Source: a virus (Duplodnaviria > Heunggongvirae > Uroviricota > Caudoviricetes). From it: a stretch of DNA of 11,293 nt. This document shows positions 7,531 through 11,293 of this stretch, piece after piece. The DNA lies in the IMG/VR virus record IMGVR_UViG_2778261064_000009, positions 1 through 11,293 of that record. One strand, given 5' to 3'. Positions within the stretch are counted from its first letter, which is position 1; each line of letters begins with the position of its first letter. A model generated the notes under the pieces. That model was not told where the DNA came from. It saw only the letters and a list, made by a program, of their open reading frames with translations, and did no database searches. Made by a program: the position numbers and the translations under genes.

Positions 7531-10138
7531 TCAGCATTCCTCCGTCACGTCGCATGGACAGCATCACCGCCTGCACCCGCTGGTCAATCAGCTGCACAAG
7601 ACTGCCTGCCGCCTCCGGCCCTATCTGGCCATTAGTCCCGTCATTCTGAATGGCGATATGGTAGACCGGGGAATACACCAGACCCGCACTGCCGTTCATA
7701 CTGCCCACCGCTCGCACACCCAGCGAGCCATCCGCCGCCCGGGTCAGGGGCATAATGGCTTCAGGACCGGCCTCCCCCATCAGTCCCGCCCCTTTTGCAA
7801 AGGCAAAGTACGTGGGCGTATCCACAATACTGTTGCTGTACGCACTCAGGTTTGCCGAGGTATACACGCCGCCTTTTGCATTGGCCACCGCCCCGCCCAG
7901 CCAGTCACCAATGCTGCCGAGAAATCCTCCCGCACCGGACATACCGTTTGCCGCCGTCTTAATTCCGTTGACAATCGCGGCATTCATAAGAACTTTTGAT
8001 ATTTCCTGCAGCACTGATGAGGCCCAGCTGCGCCATTCCACTTTATTTCCGTTCAGCATCTCCGTGATGTTATTCACCATCCCTGAGATACCCTCCGTCG
8101 CAAGCTGTGCTGCCTGTGAGGCGTAATCGGACGCATTATCCACCCAGTTACTGAACCCCTCCTGCAGCCCTTTCTGCCAGTCCGCACGCTGCACATCCGA
8201 TTCGGCATAAAAGGCTTCCTGCTCTTTCAGACGTTCACTCAGATACTGTGCATTCTGCGCCAGAGCCTGTCTGTAAAAATCCTCACTGATATCCCCGGTC
8301 TGATACTGAGACTGAAGGTCCGCATCCTTCTGGCGGAAGCTGTCGCGGATCTGCTGCAACTCCCGCATGCGTTCTCTGGCTCGTTCCCCCTGCCCGTACC
8401 CCAGCAGTTCAGCATCATTCGACGCACGCGCAGCCGCATTCTCATTCTTCAGTGTCTCTTCCCGGGATCGCAACTGTTCCCGGATTTTTTGCTGGTCAAT
8501 CAGGGCCGCATTACGCAGCAGCTCCTGCTTCTGCATCTCCGTCAGGGTTTTCAGTTCGCCCTGCGCAGTCTGGTATTTCAGCTTCGCCAGCTCTGTATTC
8601 TGCCCCACCAGTGCCAGTTGCTCTTTCTGCTGCTTCAGCAGCCGGGAAAAACTGTCTTCCGCTTTTTCCGTCTCTGATTTTCCACCCCGGGATTTGGGTT
8701 TATTCGCCTCGTTATTGCGCCAGGCTTCCAGGGCATTACTGATATAACGCTGTCTCGCCTCCTGATACGGATCACCCACAAAACCGAGGTCATCCGCCGC
8801 ATACCCCAGCCGGACACGCTCTTTTTCTTCCCCTTTCAGTCTGGACAGGGCCAGCTCACGCTCTGTTTTTGTCAGGGCACTCTGCTGTTTATCATCCAGA
8901 GTGGCCTGTGGCAGCCGTAACGGCACATTCACCAGTCCCTGCCGCTGCTGAAGCAGTTCATTACCCAGCCCCAGCAGACGGTTGAATTCCGTATGCTGAC
9001 CATTCATAACCAGCATGGACTGGTACACCTTATTCTGCTCTGCCGCCTGCTGACGAATTAACGCCACACGACGGTCTTCCAGCCCGGCAAGCACATCCTG
9101 AATGGACTGCGCTTTTTCCTGCATCTGTGCCAGACGGGACTGCTCAACGGCAAGCTGCTCTGTTGCCTGAGCAAGCCCTTCCGTTACGGTCTTCACCGAG
9201 GTCAGATGGTTTATCATGAATCCGTCACCGGTCGTCCAGCCCGGGTTCGCCAGAACATACTGATATCCTGCGATTTTTTCCTGCAGGGATTTCACCCGAC
9301 TGGCCTGTTCATCAATCAGCCGGTTCTGCTCTGTCAGCGCCGCCCGTGTTCGTCCTTCATTATCTGAGGCTTCAGGCAAAGACATTGACGGCGTTTTATG
9401 CGCGATTTCATCTATCGTCAGTGCATACTGGCGCGCAGACTCCCTGGCCTGCTCCTGATTCTGGTACAGCGTGTACCACGCTGCAGCCCCCAGCATCACC
9501 AGTCCGGGTACGCCACCAACCAGCCCCAGCGCACCGCTCATCAGACGTGAGCCCACCGCCGTTGTACTGTTCAGCGCATTCTGGGCGGCGCTTCTGGCAG
9601 CAATATTTCTGTTCAGGCGTTCCTGTGTGGCCGCCAGACGGGCCTCTGCAGCAATCTGCATCTCCGTCCCGCGGGCTGCCGCCACGGCCTGCTGAGCACG
9701 GTACACGGCTGCCCTTGCCCGCGCCGTGGCAATCTGCGTTCCCCTGAACTGTGCTTCCGCCAGTGCCACTTCATTACGTGCTGCCGTCACAAGTCCTGCC
9801 GTGGCAGACACCGCTCCGGAGGCCATATTGCCAAAGTACCGGGCAACCCCGACGGCAACCAGCGCGCCCACGGCTGTTGCCACATTATCAATCTGTCCGG
9901 CAACACCGTTCAGCATGCCGGAGAGCGTTTTTGTCACCCCGCTGGCCTCATTCGCACCGCCCACCCAGGCCATAAAGGCGTTTTCCACCTTTGTGATACT
10001 ACTGGAAACCGTTTCCGGCATGGCCGCATATTCATCACGTAATATCCCCAGCTGGCTGATTAACGCGGGGACCACTTTATCCGCTGTCAGTTTTCCGTCA
10101 TCCGCCATTGCCTTCAGATCTTTACGGGCCACGCCCAT
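7523..10138 (-). CDS. H: Tail tape measure protein H
   Basis: Long Ala/Gln/Glu-rich, coiled-coil-like ORF with a hydrophobic segment (LGLVGGVPGLVMLGAAAWYTLYQNQ) and a C-terminus (HIAIQNDGTNGQIGPEAAGS...RRDGGMLSG) resembling lambda gpH as I recall it. The ORF track starts at a TTG at 10276, but the first 46 codons look non-coding (His/Pro-rich, poor codon character). I place the start at the first ATG (10136-10138, MGVARKDLKAMADDGKL...); the ATG at 10106-10108 is an alternative. Neither has a strong RBS. Confidence 0.8.
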   Translation of the reverse strand: MGVARKDLKAMADDGKLTADKVVPALISQLGILRDEYAAMPETVSSSITKVENAFMAWVGGANEASGVTKTLSGMLNGVAGQIDNVATAVGALVAVGVARYFGNMASGAVSATAGLVTAARNEVALAEAQFRGTQIATARARAAVYRAQQAVAAARGTEMQIAAEARLAATQERLNRNIAARSAAQNALNSTTAVGSRLMSGALGLVGGVPGLVMLGAAAWYTLYQNQEQARESARQYALTIDEIAHKTPSMSLPEASDNEGRTRAALTEQNRLIDEQASRVKSLQEKIAGYQYVLANPGWTTGDGFMINHLTSVKTVTEGLAQATEQLAVEQSRLAQMQEKAQSIQDVLAGLEDRRVALIRQQAAEQNKVYQSMLVMNGQHTEFNRLLGLGNELLQQRQGLVNVPLRLPQATLDDKQQSALTKTERELALSRLKGEEKERVRLGYAADDLGFVGDPYQEARQRYISNALEAWRNNEANKPKSRGGKSETEKAEDSFSRLLKQQKEQLALVGQNTELAKLKYQTAQGELKTLTEMQKQELLRNAALIDQQKIREQLRSREETLKNENAAARASNDAELLGYGQGERARERMRELQQIRDSFRQKDADLQSQYQTGDISEDFYRQALAQNAQYLSERLKEQEAFYAESDVQRADWQKGLQEGFSNWVDNASDYASQAAQLATEGISGMVNNITEMLNGNKVEWRSWASSVLQEISKVLMNAAIVNGIKTAANGMSGAGGFLGSIGDWLGGAVANAKGGVYTSANLSAYSNSIVDTPTYFAFAKGAGLMGEAGPEAIMPLTRAADGSLGVRAVGSMNGSAGLVYSPVYHIAIQNDGTNGQIGPEAAGSLVQLIDQRVQAVMLSMRRDGGMLSG

Positions 10139-10165
10139 ACCCGCAGCCAGTGCACGTGTGGGGTA

Positions 10166-10308
10166 GTGATCAATTCTGGGCGGGGTTAGTGCAGCCTGGT
10201 AGAACCTGCAAGCCTTGTGTGGCGCGGGGTGTGGTGATTTAGTGTGATTCTGGGCGGTTTTGTGAGAAATGACCAAAAACGCTTTTTTTTGCGCTTTTTT
10301 CTGGGCGC
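10166..10308. repeat. Three direct copies of TTCTGGGCG in the non-coding leader upstream of H
   Basis: Copies at about 10175-10183, 10248-10256 and 10299-10307. The first two share an extended match (GTGAT[caa]TTCTGGGCGG). A 9-mer recurring three times in about 150 bp is very unlikely by chance. Confidence 0.5.
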
Positions 10309-10468
10309 TTTTGATCTGGTTCTGCTACAAACTTAACGGGTTTTAAATGCTTTTAAAAAGTGTTTTATCCTTGCCCGTTTTCCTCAAGTTGTTCTCATCT
10401 GTTGTGTTCGGTTTTGTTGTGGTTATTGCTGATTAGCTAACAGCACACGCCCCGCCAAAACGAGGCGC

Positions 10469-11095
10469 TTATGCTGATTTCTTGTTTATAGGCTTAGTTT
10501 TTTGCTCCGGTGTGACGGGAACGCGATCACCTGGTGTTCCTGCTCGGATACAGGATTTGGCGCGTTGCAAAATCTCTTTGTCGGTTTCTTCATTACCAGC
10601 CAATGCCACGCAAATGGCCTCTTTTAGAGAGTCCCTTATGTTTAAGTTACGTATAACAGTTTCTATGTCTGTTTCTACTGACGTAGCCAGCCGATTCAAA
10701 ATCCCTTTTACACCGATTTCTGATGCTGCTATCGCTAACGCTTTTCGATCCTTACTACTTACAAATCCTAATAATGAAACGATTAACGCAACAGAATCAT
10801 CGTTACAATCGTACTTTGGTTCGCTTTCTTCATAATCATTCGAATAATCTCCTTGTGGTTGTTCTCCTGTAAGTAGCCACATAAGTGAAACGCCACAGGC
10901 ATCGGCAACCCTTGCTGCGCTATCAATGGTTGGGTAACTATCTCCCCTTAGGTATTTCCTGACAGATGCTTCAGATAAGCCACTACGGCGAGCAATCTCG
11001 CTTTTGTTTAGCCCCCCCATCGCTTTTTCCAGCCTTTCGCCAAAGCGTACTATTTGCTCATTATGAAAAGTACGATCATGTTTAATTGATGTCAT
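10469..11095 (-). CDS. XRE-family (Cro/CI-type) helix-turn-helix transcriptional regulator with an unassigned C-terminal domain
   Basis: 208-aa ORF with ATG at 11093-11095 and RBS GGAGA about 9 nt upstream. Residues about 25-80 (LNKSEIARRSGLSEASVRKYLRGDSYPTIDSAARVADACGVSLMWLLTGE) fit the HTH_XRE pattern. The C-terminal roughly 130 aa have no motif I recognise, and there is no obvious S24/LexA-type Ser-Lys peptidase signature. Hand-counted samples give about 35-45% GC, well below the flanking tail genes. Confidence 0.75.
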   Translation of the reverse strand: MTSIKHDRTFHNEQIVRFGERLEKAMGGLNKSEIARRSGLSEASVRKYLRGDSYPTIDSAARVADACGVSLMWLLTGEQPQGDYSNDYEESEPKYDCNDDSVALIVSLLGFVSSKDRKALAIAASEIGVKGILNRLATSVETDIETVIRNLNIRDSLKEAICVALAGNEETDKEILQRAKSCIRAGTPGDRVPVTPEQKTKPINKKSA

Positions 11096-11277
11096 AGCGT
11101 ACTATTCTCCAAATCTCATTGATAAACAAAGAAAATTTTCACAAGTCGTACTTTTGTATCAATTTCAACAAAAGTACGATTATTTTCTTGACTTCGTACT
11201 TTAGTGCGATCTATCCTTTATCACATTCGATAATCGAATTTGATTATCGAATTCGATAAACGTGAGAGGATCACACA
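11096..11277. promoter_or_regulatory. Divergent promoter/operator region between the XRE regulator gene and a plus-strand gene
   Basis: Perfect 11-bp inverted repeat TCGTACTTTTG-N12-CAAAAGTACGA (11146-11179). Related half-sites (AAAGTACGA / TCGTACTTT) lie at about 11066-11077 and 11190-11200. A sigma70-like promoter on the plus strand (TTGACT 11188-11193, about 18 bp spacer, TATCCT 11212-11217) is followed by two adjacent palindromes, ATTCGATAATCGAAT (11226-11240) and TTATCGAATTCGATAA (11243-11258), then RBS GAGAGGA (11262-11268) and ATG 11278. Confidence 0.6.
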
Positions 11278-11293
11278 ATGCAGTTGTTGAGAC
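11278..11293 (+). CDS. 5' end of an unidentified plus-strand gene divergent from the XRE regulator (truncated by window end)
   Basis: ATG at 11278 with the RBS GAGAGGA ending about 9 nt upstream, downstream of the predicted promoter and operators. Only about 5 codons (MQLLR) are visible, so the product is unknown. Confidence 0.35.

Noticed and set aside
6401-7649. ORFs 6401..6769 +, 6690..7022 +, 6727..6927 +, 7359..7649 +, 7402..7635 + in the L/M region
   Set aside because: They are antisense or alternative-frame ORFs within L and M; the Pro/Ser/Arg-rich translations are GC-composition artefacts.
7658-10166. ORFs inside H on either strand (for example 7658..7999 +, 7755..8126 +, 8239..8445 -, 8367..8747 +, 8452..8742 +, 8489..8677 +, 8635..8817 -, 9346..9747 +, 9471..9695 +, 9726..10166 +, 9751..9975 +)
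   Set aside because: All are nested in the tape-measure gene in other frames. The Ala/Gln-rich coiled-coil coding sequence produces long open antisense frames.
10139-10276. TTG-initiated 46-codon extension of H (MVISHKTAQNHTKSPHPAPHKACRFYQ...)
   Set aside because: The composition is His/Pro-rich, there is no RBS, and the stretch contains the TTCTGGGCG repeats. I treat it as untranslated leader, though the true H start remains uncertain.
10139-10468. Possible tRNA gene or attachment site in the leader between the regulator and H
   Set aside because: I could not see a cloverleaf-compatible set of stems or a conserved T-loop (GTTCNANNC) by eye, and no integrase gene is nearby. This cannot be excluded without a tRNA scan.
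10482-10835. Plus-strand 117-aa ORF antisense to the XRE regulator gene
   Set aside because: It is fully contained within the regulator gene on the opposite strand and has no recognisable motif. The regulator frame has a clear HTH and a good RBS.
1-11293. Insertion sequences, transposase or integrase genes
   Set aside because: No ORF in the window has transposase- or integrase-like content, and I found no terminal inverted repeats flanking the accessory segment.

Overview
This window is the distal tail module of a lambda-like siphovirus prophage from an enterobacterial (E. coli-like) host, with every gene on the minus strand in canonical order: tape measure H, M, L, K, I, central tail fibre J, the outer-membrane moron lom, and the 5' part of the side tail fibre gene stf, which runs off the window start. 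The tail genes are GC-rich (about 58-60% in hand-counted samples) and tightly packed, with H/M, M/L and K/I overlaps. The non-canonical part is the right end (about 10139-11293): where the G/T chaperone and major tail genes would normally sit upstream of H, there is instead a repeat-bearing, T-rich non-coding leader, then a lower-GC gene (about 35-45% in hand-counted samples) for a 208-aa XRE-family helix-turn-helix regulator, then a promoter region dense with palindromic operators that drives a plus-strand gene starting at 11278, 16 bp before the window ends. I read this as a regulated accessory cassette (moron, defence or exclusion locus, or a foreign immunity-like switch) whose payload lies just outside the window; this is the best candidate for anything novel here, but only its regulator and operators are visible. 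Secondary observations are convergent terminator-like hairpins in an enlarged I-J spacer, 45-bp tandem collagen-like repeats in stf, and two small hydrophobic plus-strand ORFs in the leader. All similarity statements rest on reading the translations against remembered lambda proteins; no database search was run.
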